The position numbers and the translations under genes are program-made. The notes under the pieces were generated by a model. That model ran no database searches, was not told the origin of the DNA, and saw only the letters and a program-made list of their open reading frames with translations. 64,000 bases of DNA from Ramazzottius varieornatus (Eukaryota > Animalia > Tardigrada), in contig BDGG01000020.1 of the NCBI GenBank assembly GCA_001949185.1, positions 62,001 to 126,000 of the forward strand, given 5' to 3'. Below, piece by piece: positions 37,185 to 49,124 of this stretch (the first letter of the stretch is position 1; every line of letters starts with the position of its first letter).

Positions 37185-39356
37185 TCGGTGTTAAGGTGTC
37201 GAAATCCACGATGTATCGTGTGTTACGTCGAACGTATGATCTGTTTTGATGGTCTTTTCATTCGGAAGAGATTTGCTCGTTGCACCAGGCCAATCAAGTG
37301 CCTTGATTTTGAGAAAAGTAAAAAAAAGTGGGTCAAAATTGAGTTTTTTGAGTATATCTCGCAAACCATTGGTTGGATCTTTCCGGTCCGAGCAGACAAA
37401 ATGAAAATGTCGACTGGGTCTTTCTGATTGTGAAAGAATTTGTGGTGAAACTCTTACCGTGGCGGAATGCCAATGCTTCAAGTTTTCGATGACGTCATGA
37501 TAAATTTTGGCTGTTAACGACCCAGCACTTTCCATAAATGAGCAATATGCCTCACATCCACGGGATACAGAGAAGAACTGGAAGACATCTCTCAGCTTCC
37601 TGTTAGTTTTGTGAGACTACGGTATACGCTATTGTAGAATACTGTGGTGCATTTGAAAACTGAGGAGACGGTTTTCGCTTGTGTTTGATGGAAGCTCTTA
37701 TCTCTCCAGTTTTTTCCTGGCTGACTCTTCATACTTTCCAGCTGTGATAGGAGAAGACAACAAAGAAGTTGTCTCGACTCTATCGTTTTCCAACGTGCAG
37801 CATCGTTTTCCAACGTGAAGGCCGATAAGAATATCGTCTGTGCCGGTACCTTTTACATTTCACGCACGCAACAGATTTCATTTTTTGCCTGCTGACGTCA
37901 GAGTCCAAAGACCACGGTGGGCGGGTTGGTCTGTAGCGTGCGGACAATCAAGAAAAATATCCCCGATGGCGGGATGACCAAGAGCAAATCCTGTCAATCA
38001 AAACATGCAAAACGATTTCCGAAGTCGGAAGATCGCTCAAGATTTTCTCTAGGAAGGGATCTGGGCAGCGGCTCAGAAACTTCTCTGTACGAGAGTGCTC
38101 CCCTCCCTGTTGTGATCCCGACCTTAATCAAAGAAGTTGCAATATGTGCTAGAACAAACGACATCTAATCGATTTCGGGATCAAATTCTATAAACAAGTT
38201 CGCTGGAAAATTTGAGAAGTTGCAAAACGCGAGGCAGTTGGAGAACAACAAGGCAACAAACCATTGCTGTTAGTCATGGCATCGATAGTTTGTTTGGCAG
38301 TAATTTTCCAAGCAAGTTAAAAAAGAGCTGACCAACACGCATATGATTGTTTGATTAACCGGAGTAAACGCCCCATGTCAGCCGAGGGCACCAATTACGC
38401 TCCATGACTGAAATCGTCCATGACTGAAATCGGCGGATAATCTTTCGTGATTCACGACCCCCCCCCCCCATTTGGTGAATCGCGAATCGAATTCTAATCC
38501 ATAATTTTTCGACGTTTGTGTTAGCTCAGTACCATACACCGGTAATTTAGTCGGGTCGTGAGATCTGTTTGGGTCGCTACCTTCTTTTCTCACTGAGCGA
38601 AATTTCCTCTTGGTTGAAACTCGGCGGCTGAAGGTAGCAACCTGATCAGGAACAGGCACAGACGCGAATTTGGCTGCGTTTTTCTGCAATCCTGTTTCTT
38701 TTTTGGGTCAGTTTGTTTCGACATTTGTGTGGCCAAGATTAATCTGCATATGCACGGTGACAATGCATTGAATGCGGGTAACTTACACATCCATTGATAC
38801 CGTCCATACCCAGGTCCGACACTCTCACAAAGTTATGATTTTCACAATTGTGGCCACCTCCGTCAACGATTGTGAAGTGAACGTCCCGAAAGGAAAATCT
38901 AATTTAACATCATTATAGAGAGGTCCGTGAAATAGTTTTCTCTTCTGTTCGCGGAAGAATTTGGACTTGAACACCATGAATGGAAGAGCGAGACTTTCTC
39001 CAGCGGGCCGAAACTTGTATTGCAATTCGGTACTTGGTCCTTACGTCGTTCCGCCACGGTACACACTGATCTCATGTAGTCGGTCTACGGCGCAGATCGT
39101 GACTATGACGTATCAATATCTCTTAGCTCGTGCGGAGCCCGCCTTTGCAGCTTTCTACCGAGGGTGAAAGATGTGATTTTCTCTACCCTTGTTTGGGGCT
39201 CTAAGGATAGTCAGTCCAGATATAGAGTACAAACAAATGCAGGTGAAATCCAGATCCAGGGATCCAGCAATCCAGTCCAAGCCCGGGTTTTAGCATATAC
39301 CGTTTCCTTTAAAGCGTTGAGCGGCAAATACACCAAGCCTTGACATATCAGGACCT

Positions 39357-39765
39357 TAGAACACTGGGCCGCAGGTCCAAAAGTACGCTGTAACTGTGCT
39401 GCGCACATTACCAGGGCGCTGTACGCTGCGCTGTGCTGCACAACTTTCATGTCCAGTGGCTAAGCAGCTGTGCTGCTGATGCACGTTGACCTGGTGCAAC
39501 TGCGCGGAACGCCGATGTATTGACGTGGTTTGTAATTCAGTCAGCGAAATCGCTAGTCAACCTGGAGAACGTTGCCCTAAAGTACGGCAAAGCTGAGACG
39601 GCTGACGTTCGAATGTTCAAAAACTGTAATTTTTGTTAGGTTTCGGTAGGTACATCTGCGCGGTAGTCTATGGCTTTCTGCTGTATGCTGTGCTGTGCCG
39701 CACAAATTTCGTCAGTTCACGCGCTGTAGTGCAGTACAGCCCATGCGACCATATTCCGTGCTCTA
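39357..39765. mobile_element. hAT-type MITE, family B, older diverged copy
   Basis: tagaacactgggccgc...ttccgtgctcta; homologous to 9345-9769; TSD eroded. Confidence 0.85.
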
Positions 39766-40508
39766 TATCAGGTGCGAAAGTATAACTTGCAACTATTTCC
39801 CGAACACCGGCTTTGAGAGATTGTTTCTCCCGTTTGGGGCAGGTGTCGCCAGGTCTTTTGCAAGATGAAGCATCATCTTCCGGCTATCGAACATTCACCT
39901 GAGCATTCCAATACCCGGTACTCGTCGAGCTGCAAAATCAACTTATCGAAAGTGGCTAATCTGTAAGACAACCCGCAATTTTACGAAAAAGTCGAAAACC
40001 GATCAAGCACCCAAATCCTTATGAAAAATCTATTATGTTTCTTAACACCTCGAGCACCACGCGATTTCGGGCTTTCAGAATGCCAGGTGGGAAAGTCACT
40101 TTCGCCCTTCTTTGGGGAGCGTCGCCAAGCAGGACCTACTCGAGTGGCCGGAATTTGGGAATATGATGTAATGTGCGCCACCTATCCACTTGAAGCGGCC
40201 AACCTTCATTTTTTGTCTTGACAGCCGGACAGATCTTTTCCCCAATCTGAAAAAATTGCTAGATGCAGAAATGTCTGAGCTCGAAGTACATTCTTTAGGA
40301 GACGCTCAACCGAGGCTCAACCGAGAGCTTGACTGAAGAATAATTTGCTGGCTAGGACGAATTTTCCATCGAAGACCGAAGAATTTCAGACAGTTTTGCA
40401 AATACGCTGTGCAGTGGCTGCTAGTTGTAGTTTGGAGGGAAGTTGATTCCTCTTTCAAAGGGGGAAAAATGAGGAGCAAAAGTTAGACTGGAATATCGCC
40501 ACATACAG

Positions 40509-40801
40509 TACTGTAATGCTTCATGAACTTCGCGAAGCATGTCATAATACGCGCGAATCATCCCTAAGGGCTTGGTAGGGCAAAATTTTCGAACCGGGGC
40601 TCAACTGAACAGTGTACGAAAAAATCAACCGTTAAAAATGGGTGTTGGATGGAGCCAGATTGATAAAGCCAATGAAATTTGCGCATGCAGCAAAACCTAA
40701 TTCTCATTGGTTGAGTTGTAAATAATTTTTAACGGTTAATATTGTCGTACACTGTACGCCTATGATGACGTGTTTCGCGAAGTTCATGAAGCATTACAGT
40801 A
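40509..40801. mobile_element. MITE (family shared with 57672-57799) with a nested CAGTGTACGA MITE at 40610-40754
   Basis: TIR tactgtaatgcttcatgaacttcgcga / tcgcgaagttcatgaagcattacagta. Confidence 0.85.
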
Positions 40802-41399
40802 CATATTAGTATACGCCGGGAAAGTAATTTTACCGCCCGGTGCTCACGGTGTTAACACTAGTTCAGAAGGTAAACGCTTTCGTACGAACTAGCCGGCTAT
40901 GTTGGTTTTACTAGCGGAAAGCGAAAATGCTTGCTCTTAAACTTCCAGAAGTCGCAGTCTGATAATTTTTGGCCGCCACTACATTGACTACAAATATCTG
41001 ACTTGCGATTACTTCTACAGGCTGATACGGTTCACATCGAAGTCGGTTAGGCCAGCGCCGACGGAAAAACGGAGAAAATATCTTCTTCGTGTGAATGCGA
41101 ACTCATTCCTCTCCTCCCGTTGTCAACGCACTGACTTAATTTTTGCTATAGATAAAGACGAGTGTTGATAGACAACACATAACATGGGGGAGAAGAGAAA
41201 AGACAAAACCAAACTTGCTAAACAAATTTAAAAATATTGTCTCGAAAAGTTTCCAGTTATTCTTTCGCACCTGATAATAAGCCATTCGAGAAATCATCAC
41301 TATCACACACACGATTGTTCTTTGGCTAGTGCACGCTCTAGCTGTTCTAGCACAACAGAACTACAAAGCGTGGCACCGGTTTCGCACTAGAACACAAAA

Positions 41400-42983
41400 C
41401 TAATTCAACAGATCCATTCGCAGACTTAGCGGCCAGTGTGACGTCATCGGTGCGAACAGATCAATCACATCAAGTCTTGGACTTCCCAAATCTGATTCAC
41501 TCGGAGCGAATGCACTCCAGTCTTTCTTCCTCTCCGCAGCAAACCGTATGTCAGCTGACCGCTGTGCAACGAGGTCGTAATCCTGCGACGGTGATGGCGA
41601 AACCACCGACGCGAGCTTCCTCTTCGGTATGTTACCGTGTTCATCCACGTTGGTATCACTTCTCTTCGACAAATCCTGCTTAGACATTGTTGGTTCCCCG
41701 CTAGTCGTATACCCGAAGGACCGAGACGCCTTAGGTGCCACTTCCGCAGTCTTCGGATGATCGTTTTCGGCGTCACTGGATACGGAACTAAAACTTTCTG
41801 TGTTTTCTGGTGGTTCTAGCGATGCCGGTGGTTGTTCTACTATGTCCAGACTTTGAAGGAAACCGTCGAACTCTGTGACTTTCTTGGACAACGCTTTCAG
41901 ATTCCGCGTCTCTTGATCACCTGAAGTTTCAATCAGCGCAGGGTCCGTCCGATAAGTGTTACTCGATTCTTCCTTACTCGAAAAACTGTTGACGCATTTT
42001 TGCAGTACATCTTCAGGTAGGGAGGCAATCGAGTTCGAGATGAGGTCACCGAGTTGCTGCAACAAGTCATATCGTAAAGTTCTCCGTTGAATACTGTCGT
42101 CGAAGGAAGTTGGCAAGTCAAAGTTCTTGCTGACCGCAATGTGGATTTCAGATTGACTGGCTTTTGTAACAGCTTGATATCCATCCGCCATGGCTAACAA
42201 CTTGGAAAGTTTCTCCTTCAGCCGCTGACTGCGTATTTCTCGCATTTGTTTTTTTTGACATTGATCCACAACTTCGTTTATCGTGAAGAAAATCGAAGCG
42301 GAGTACTGCAGGCCAATTTTCGGACCAAGTACGGGGCCAAAAATGGCCGCTCCCACATTCATAATGGTCGCCAGAAACGTATCGATTTCCACTTCGGATA
42401 GATCCGAAAGAACGTCGAAGTCAGGCAACGGCGCCGATAACCTTCTCAGGTCAGTTGTACTTTCAGGTCCACTTATCTGCGATGTAATTTTACTAACCAT
42501 TCGAATCAGTTTCTTCTTCCGAAATTTCGTGTCTTTGACCGGTGGCGGGAAGAGTTCGTCAACGATCCGGTGTTTGGATGTTTGGCCGGTTGACTGGCGG
42601 ACCATCGTGGAAATGATGACTGGTACAGCAGAACCGAGTTCGACAATCTGCTGGTCGACGTAGTCGCATGTCTGTTCTTGGGACGCGACGTACTCTATCC
42701 AGTTCCTGCTGGCGGATTCGTACAAATCGCCCATTTGTTTGCTCACGGCTTGAAATAAATGATCGGACAGAGATAAGATAGCTAGTCCGAGTTTGTTGTT
42801 GATCATGGCGGACGAGGAGGACCAGGTTGTGTGGAGGTAGGTGTTGAGTTGTTGAATTTCTAGCTTGGCCTTTGCACTGTGCAGTTTATCGTAAACAAAG
42901 GTCGTAAAGATCATCAGTTGTCTGTATACTTCCTTGACGGAAATGAGTTGCAGAGAGCCGCTGGCAGGAGCGGGCGACATCAT
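41400..42983 (-). CDS. Intronless 527-aa orphan ORF, helical N-terminal half, Ser-rich disordered C-terminus
   Basis: Uninterrupted 1.58-kb ORF; no domain recognised. Confidence 0.65.
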   Translation of the reverse strand: MMSPAPASGSLQLISVKEVYRQLMIFTTFVYDKLHSAKAKLEIQQLNTYLHTTWSSSSAMINNKLGLAILSLSDHLFQAVSKQMGDLYESASRNWIEYVASQEQTCDYVDQQIVELGSAVPVIISTMVRQSTGQTSKHRIVDELFPPPVKDTKFRKKKLIRMVSKITSQISGPESTTDLRRLSAPLPDFDVLSDLSEVEIDTFLATIMNVGAAIFGPVLGPKIGLQYSASIFFTINEVVDQCQKKQMREIRSQRLKEKLSKLLAMADGYQAVTKASQSEIHIAVSKNFDLPTSFDDSIQRRTLRYDLLQQLGDLISNSIASLPEDVLQKCVNSFSSKEESSNTYRTDPALIETSGDQETRNLKALSKKVTEFDGFLQSLDIVEQPPASLEPPENTESFSSVSSDAENDHPKTAEVAPKASRSFGYTTSGEPTMSKQDLSKRSDTNVDEHGNIPKRKLASVVSPSPSQDYDLVAQRSADIRFAAERKKDWSAFAPSESDLGSPRLDVIDLFAPMTSHWPLSLRMDLLN

Positions 42984-43242
42984 AGTTTATTGGTGTTCTG
43001 TGTGAGACGACGTATAAGAACGGACCTTTACTGGCTTCATGATTGGATGTACAGTAGAGCTGTACTTGCTTCGATTTCGAATCGTTCGCTTGGAAACACA
43101 CTAGTGACCAAGAACAGAGCGATTTCCACCAAGTCCCTTTTGCACCGCTCGGTAGAATCACACGCGAGTACATCGGATGTTTCTCTGCGCTTATTGAAAT
43201 ATAAAAGGTAAGCTAATCGCTCTACAAGCGCGTTTCAAAAAT

Positions 43243-44409
43243 ATGTTGGCCTGGAAAGAAGAGGCTTCCGAAATGCAAAGCCACACCAGTCTCTTGGATT
43301 CATCCTCCAGTACTGATCTGTTTCGGAAAGATATCGCCGGCCATCGGGCGACACCGGTACGGTACGAATGTTCTATCGTTGGTAAGCCGAGAGGTAATGC
43401 GGCTTCCAAGTGAAGCAGGCTAGCGAAAACGTATCATGTATTCAGAGAAAAACATGTTTAGATCCGGCTGGAAGACATCCAGGAAGTTAAAATCCACGGA
43501 GAAGCTCCAGACGGCGCCGCGAACAACTCGGCTCACCAAACGCCCAAACGACTGATATCTCGTCAAAGTTTACCTGCCGCCACAAGTTCTCACTCCCAGG
43601 TTGCTGTCAGACCTCAGAACGACAGCGAGTATATTTTGAAGGATATTTTGCTGGAAAGCGAGAAGAAATGCATGGGTGGAGCTGTATGGCACACAACCGA
43701 ATATGGCCTAAGCGAAAACGGGTTCGTCCATCGGAAGCGTGTAGTAGGTACTCACATAACAATTGTCAGCTATGAGATTCCCTATGAGACCGGTTAGCGT
43801 TGCGCGGGTCAGATTTGGGCTTGTTACTGTTTAGGGTACGGCAAAGGATTTGGCCGCCTTCGATCTGCGGTTCGTCGATGTGGACAGGCAGCCTTTCGGT
43901 GGAAGTCGGGATGACACAGAAGGTGACAAGACCATCACATCGGTGCGCATTCAGAAGTTCGGGGTGGACGGAAGAGAGACAACCTGGCTGGCCAAGCACG
44001 AAGACCCGGATGTCATGATGGCGTGGTACACGGAGATGAAACGATGGAAGCAGAACTGGCATTACACTGATTGGAAACAGAACCTCTTTGTACAGATACC
44101 TAGAGTACCCGTTGATCCCGAACGGGACTTCGATTTGGCCCATGCCGTGGCATCGGAGCGTCAGCTGACCGGCGACAACGATCCGGGCGTGGTCTTCGAT
44201 CGAGGTGTGAACTTCCTGTTTCAGTCTTCCGTACTTGTTCTCATTCTTACTCCACGTGCCATTCGCGAACGTCATCCGTATGCCAGTTGCTGGCTATCAC
44301 GGTAGTGTTCCCGTTGCTTTCAGATTTCGAGGAAAACGACGAGGAGGAAACCGGAAGAGATTCCAAGCTACGGTTCGAGAGACCTGAAAATCACACTCCA
44401 ACGGAATGA
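43243..44409 (+). CDS. Possible spliced gene with a PH-like domain
   Basis: Putative exons end in ..TTWLAKHEDPDVMMAWYTEMKRW (PH-like C-terminal Trp helix); upstream WHTTEYGLSENGF; splice signals plausible, boundaries uncertain. Confidence 0.35.
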
Positions 44410-45143
44410 GTCCTTGTTGAACTCATAGTTCCGCTTCGTTGCTTTCTCATTAGTTTATGAAAATTTTTTCGCTGACTAACGAACTTACGAGTTTTCTTTC
44501 TTGCTCGTGAAAAGGTATTGGGGTTTTGCAGTAAAAAAAACGCCATCGTCATGCAGCACGAACCTGTTAGGCAGAGCGGTTCATCAAGGCCTTCCTGCGG
44601 AGCTTTAGAATGAATCATAGACCGCTTGAGTCATCGTAGAAAGCTGTTCAGGCATTCTAAAGCCCTAGAACTGGGGCAAACTATGGCAAGCCGGAGCTTA
44701 TGGCGGAAGATCAAAGAGAAATTTCTTGGCATCGAAAGTGGTCTCTACCCATTAATCGTCTGTTGTACGTACGCGTACGCGATTAAACCACATATAAGCT
44801 ATAGCACATACGTCACGTGAGCATCGCCAGTGACTGCCAGAACCTGGTACAGCAGCCAACCTGGCACACTAGCGGCCAGCTAACACTGTTTTTTTCCCTC
44901 AGCGGCCGACCCACTAAAACCAATGGTCAATTGAGCAACACCAATGGTTAGCCACCAGTGGTCAGTCTAGCAAGACCAATGGTCAACTTTTGGTAGTCAA
45001 TCCAGTGACAGTAGCAAGACTCACGGTAATACCCTGTTGATCGTGCAGTGCCGTCAAGTAGTACTATCAACAGGGTTATCAATTCCGTATTAATCAATAC
45101 TCCAACATCTTCGAATGATTAGTACAGAATTGATTAATCGCAT

Positions 45144-45192
45144 CTGAAATCACGACTCATGACTCATCATAAACTTGGTAAAATTCCTCAAA
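45144..45192. repeat. 49-bp perfect inverted repeat, right copy
   Basis: Exact reverse complement of 37136-37184. Confidence 0.9.
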
Positions 45193-45325
45193 GAATCGGG
45201 GAATCATCCTGAGTGAAGGATCGTGCTGTCTGCAGCTCGAGCTTCCTCTGATGAGTTTGCGATTAAAAGTCCCTTTGGGTATCCGGTCTAGACAGGGTGC
45301 GAGGGGAGATTTACGCAGCCCATTA

Positions 45326-45939
45326 CAGTCCTACCTAGTGCTGGGATAAATACGATAAAATACGATATGATATTTTCTGATGAACATCTTTCAATATTTA
45401 TATTTCGTTTTTTTTGTACGATGTTGAAAACTATGGAAATAAAGAAAGAGCCAAAGAGAAACCGGACGGCTGTCGTTTACTACGTTCGAGTCAGAACAAA
45501 AGTCAGATGTCTTCGTGTACGCGAGTGTGTTCGTTGCTCAGTCTATCAAGGTCTGTCGTTACGTTCAGCGATAGTCCGTCCATATCGATATTTCGATATG
45601 ATACATATGTCATATCGAATCACTGTGATGTAATATACCGGTATTTCGATAAGATAAGATATATCATATTTATCTCAGCACTAGTCCTACCTGTGAGATG
45701 TGACATTTCAAACGCCCGAAATCAGTTCCGGACGGTTCATGTGTGCACGGATTTGCCCGCCATGCTATTCGCATAAGATCGATCAGCTGATCAGACACGT
45801 GCTTGATTACTAGAGTAAGTCAAAAGACAAACGAACGTCGATCAGCTGATCGTGCTGCGCAATGCATGACCAGCAGTCTCGTGCAGAAACGCTGTTCGGT
45901 TGCAGAAGAAGCAAGAGTCACATCTCACAGGTAGGACTG
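45326..45939. mobile_element. TA-flanked CAGT-TIR MITE, interrupted in its left TIR by a hAT MITE
   Basis: Removing 45336-45691 restores cagtcctacctgtgagatgtgac, which matches gtcacatctcacaggtaggactg at 45917-45939. Confidence 0.85.
45336..45683. mobile_element. hAT-type MITE, family C relative
   Basis: TIR tagtgctgggataaata / tatttatctcagcacta; perfect 8-bp TSD GTCCTACC. Confidence 0.9.
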
Positions 45940-45946
45940 TATAGAG

Positions 45947-46360
45947 TAGAGTACTGGGCCGCACGTTCAAAATTACGCAGCAACTGTGCTGCGCACGCTA
46001 CCAGGTCGCTGTACGCTGTGCTGTGCTGTGCTGCACAACTTTCATGCGCAGTGGCTAGGCAGCTGCGCTGCAGATACACATGGACCTGTTGCAACTGCGC
46101 TGCACGCTGATGTACTGACTTTTGTTATAGTATTGTCGGCAAAATGGGTAGTCCACCGGGAAAATGGCCATACGGTACGGCAAAACTCAGATGCCTGAAA
46201 CTCGAATACCCAAAAGTACCAATTTATTGTTAAGTGTTGGTCCGTGGATCTGCGCGGCAGTCTTCGTCTTCCTGCTGCATGCTGTGCTGTGCTGCACAAA
46301 TTTCGTCGATTTCTTGTGCTGCAGCACAGTACAGCGCATGCGGCCAGATTCCGTGCTCTA
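45947..46360. mobile_element. hAT-type MITE, family B copy 2
   Basis: TIR tagagtac/gtgctcta; perfect 8-bp TSD GTATAGAG; near-identical to 9345-9769. Confidence 0.92.
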
Positions 46361-46705
46361 GTATAGAGATTTACGCAAGTGGTGCGTACGAGCTGCCACA
46401 ATGCAAGTTGTAACCGAAACTCTGTCATGATCACCCAGCTTTCACCTTAAAAACCAGAGAGCTGGTTTTGGACCAACATTTGGGACGCTTTTTGAGAATC
46501 ACGAAAGTGTTGATTGGTGGTCTTGCAGCGAGAGCTGGGTCGTACTTGATTGTGTAAAGCCGATCTGTGTTTTCGATGACTCACTGCCTAAATCACCCGT
46601 CGAACGCTGGGTCCAAAATTCAGCGTTTCCAATTTTCCGGATTTTTTTTTCAGATTTTTTTTTCAGACATTCCACAAGTATCTCGACTCCCCGAGCAGAA
46701 CACCC

Positions 46706-48988
46706 ATGGCGTCGTTGAAGGATCCTGTAGACCTCGCATCCGTCGTTCAGACCTACAAGGCTCTCACATCCCAACCTGCTGACTTCCTGTCCAAAGATCC
46801 TTCTCGCGCGACGCACTTCAAATCTATTTCCAAGTGTATCTTCGATTCCGTCCGGAAACTCAGCGATGTCCCACATTCTTCGGATCTCCAAGAACTGCTA
46901 ACAAGCTCTGAGTTCGACGACGAGCAGATATGGCAACAACTGGAGCTGGACAATAAGCTCAACGTGCACAGCGTCGTCAAGAAGGTGGCCGATCTCCTCG
47001 TCAACGGAACATCCGACTTCTTCGGCGTCTCTTCCGATAACCACTCCTCAAACATCGCTGGTAGGTATAGCTCTCTACGAACAATGTTGCGAAATCTACT
47101 TGGTTTTTTTCCAGAAGGGAAAATTAGTGAGGATGATGAACATAACTTCGGCGAGTTGCATACGGACGATGAAGCTAATGAGCTGGAGGACGAGGATGAG
47201 GATGAAGACGAAGGGTTGTTCAGTGGTAAGCCTTCACAGTTGGATGACAACGAGATGGACGAAGGAGAAGAAGAGGACGAGGACGTCGAGGAGGAGGAAG
47301 AAGTGATGAATTTTCAGCCGAGGAAGAATGGACCGAAGAGTCAGCTGGATGATGACTTCTTCAAGCTGAGCGACATGAACGATTTCCTGTTGGAAAGCGA
47401 GAAAGCAGAAGCGAGGAACGGAATGGTGTCCAGTGGTGTTGACCTGTTCGCTGCTGACGACGAGGAAGATGGAGATGGAGAAGGACAGGAGAGATACGAA
47501 GACTTCTTCGATCCACCGGAAGTCGGAAACGACAAAACGGTAAACCAACCAAATCAACTCGTTAAATCGTGATTGAGCGTTGCAAATAGAAATTGGAGGT
47601 GCTTTGTGGTCAAGTGCGGTGTCGAATGCCTCGGTTTCTATCATAGGTCGGTCACTTTCGAATGGCACGTACAGAGTAGAAACCGAGTGCCGGCTGTTTT
47701 CGTTGTGATGAAAGTAGCTTGATTTCTGTTGTAACGAAGTTGATTTGCTGGTTTCTTGCAGAAAGGAAACAGTGCAAGGTTTGAAGAAAAGTCGACATTC
47801 GAGAAGCGCCAGGAAAAGCTCAAAGAGAAGATTCAGGGCTTAGAAGAACAAGCCATTTCGTCACAACCTTGGCAGCTGGGCGGGGAGGTCTCCGCAGTCA
47901 AACGGCCGGAGAACTCTCTGCTGGAAGAGTTCCTCCAGTTCGAACACGTCACTCGACAGGCTCCTGTCATAACTGAAGAAGTGACTCTCAAGCTGGAAGA
48001 CCTGATCATCCAGAGGATAAGAAACAAGGCCTTTGACGATGTTGAGAGAAAAGCAAAGGCGAAGGAGATCGATCCGTATGAGTATAAGAAGAAACTCGTC
48101 CTGGAGGAAGCCAAGTCCAAACAAAGCCTCAGCCAAATTTACGAACAGGTTTGTCTTTTTTTATCATTTCATGAGCTCACTGGGTGGAAGTCTGACGTGT
48201 GAGTTTGTGTTTCTCTGCAGGAATATCTGAAGAATGTGACAAAGACGAACGAGGAAGAAGAAAAAGAGGAACACCGAAAGATCCGAACAGCCATGAATAA
48301 TTTGCTCGTCAAACTGGACGCTTTAAGTAACTTCCATTTCGTACCAAAGCCGGTGGCTCCTGATATCAAGATCATCAACAACCTTCCAACCATCGTCGTG
48401 GAAGACGTCCAGCCTTCCGCTGTCAGCACTTCCCAACTGCTGGCACCGGAAGAAGTCCAACCCAAGAAGAAACAAGAACTGAAAGGTAAGTTTCGAATAG
48501 GGATTTTTCACTCGGAATAAAATGAATTCATTTGAAAGATCAGCAAATGAACTTGACAAGATCGTTTTCCCAAATGGCGCGCATGGTGGATGTCATTGGC
48601 TTTAAGTGTGCGCCACTTTGGGAACAATCTTGTTGGTCACGTTTGCTGAGTTTCCATTTATTTTTGGCTGCTGTGTATTAATCCACTTCGATGTGGTGCA
48701 TTTTCAGGAGCCACCGAAGCTTCCGAAACCGATAAGAACCGGTCGAGAAGGAAGAAGAAGCTACGCCAGAAAGCTATGGCAAACCACACGAAAACCAAGC
48801 AGACCGTAGCTTTAGAAGGACAGCAAAAGGTAGAGAAAATGAAGAAAAAAGGCGGCTCGTCAGGAGCCTTCTTCGAAAAGCTACAAGATACCGTACGCGC
48901 CGAGCAGACAGCGAAAGATGACAAGCTCAGCAAAAAGAGAAAGACTGGCACAAATAATGACAACTCAGTCAAGAAATTCAAGCTATAA
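46706..48988 (+). CDS. MPHOSPH10: U3 snoRNP protein MPP10, multi-exon
   Basis: [106 protein letters not shown]-terminal KFKL. Confidence 0.96.
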
Positions 48989-49124
48989 CTAACTTTTCTT
49001 GGTCTTCTTCGTGATGACGCGCTTTCTGTTAACGGTCGAAGTCGAACTAAGAAAAACGACAGAACGAAAAGTGACAGAATGTTCTAGTTAATCATTTCAG
49101 CAGAATAAAAACAAGGAAAAAAAC

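Noticed and set aside
44900-45080. Repeated ccaatggt(c/t)a motifs
   Set aside because: Probably a decayed repeat; no termini or TSD could be defined.
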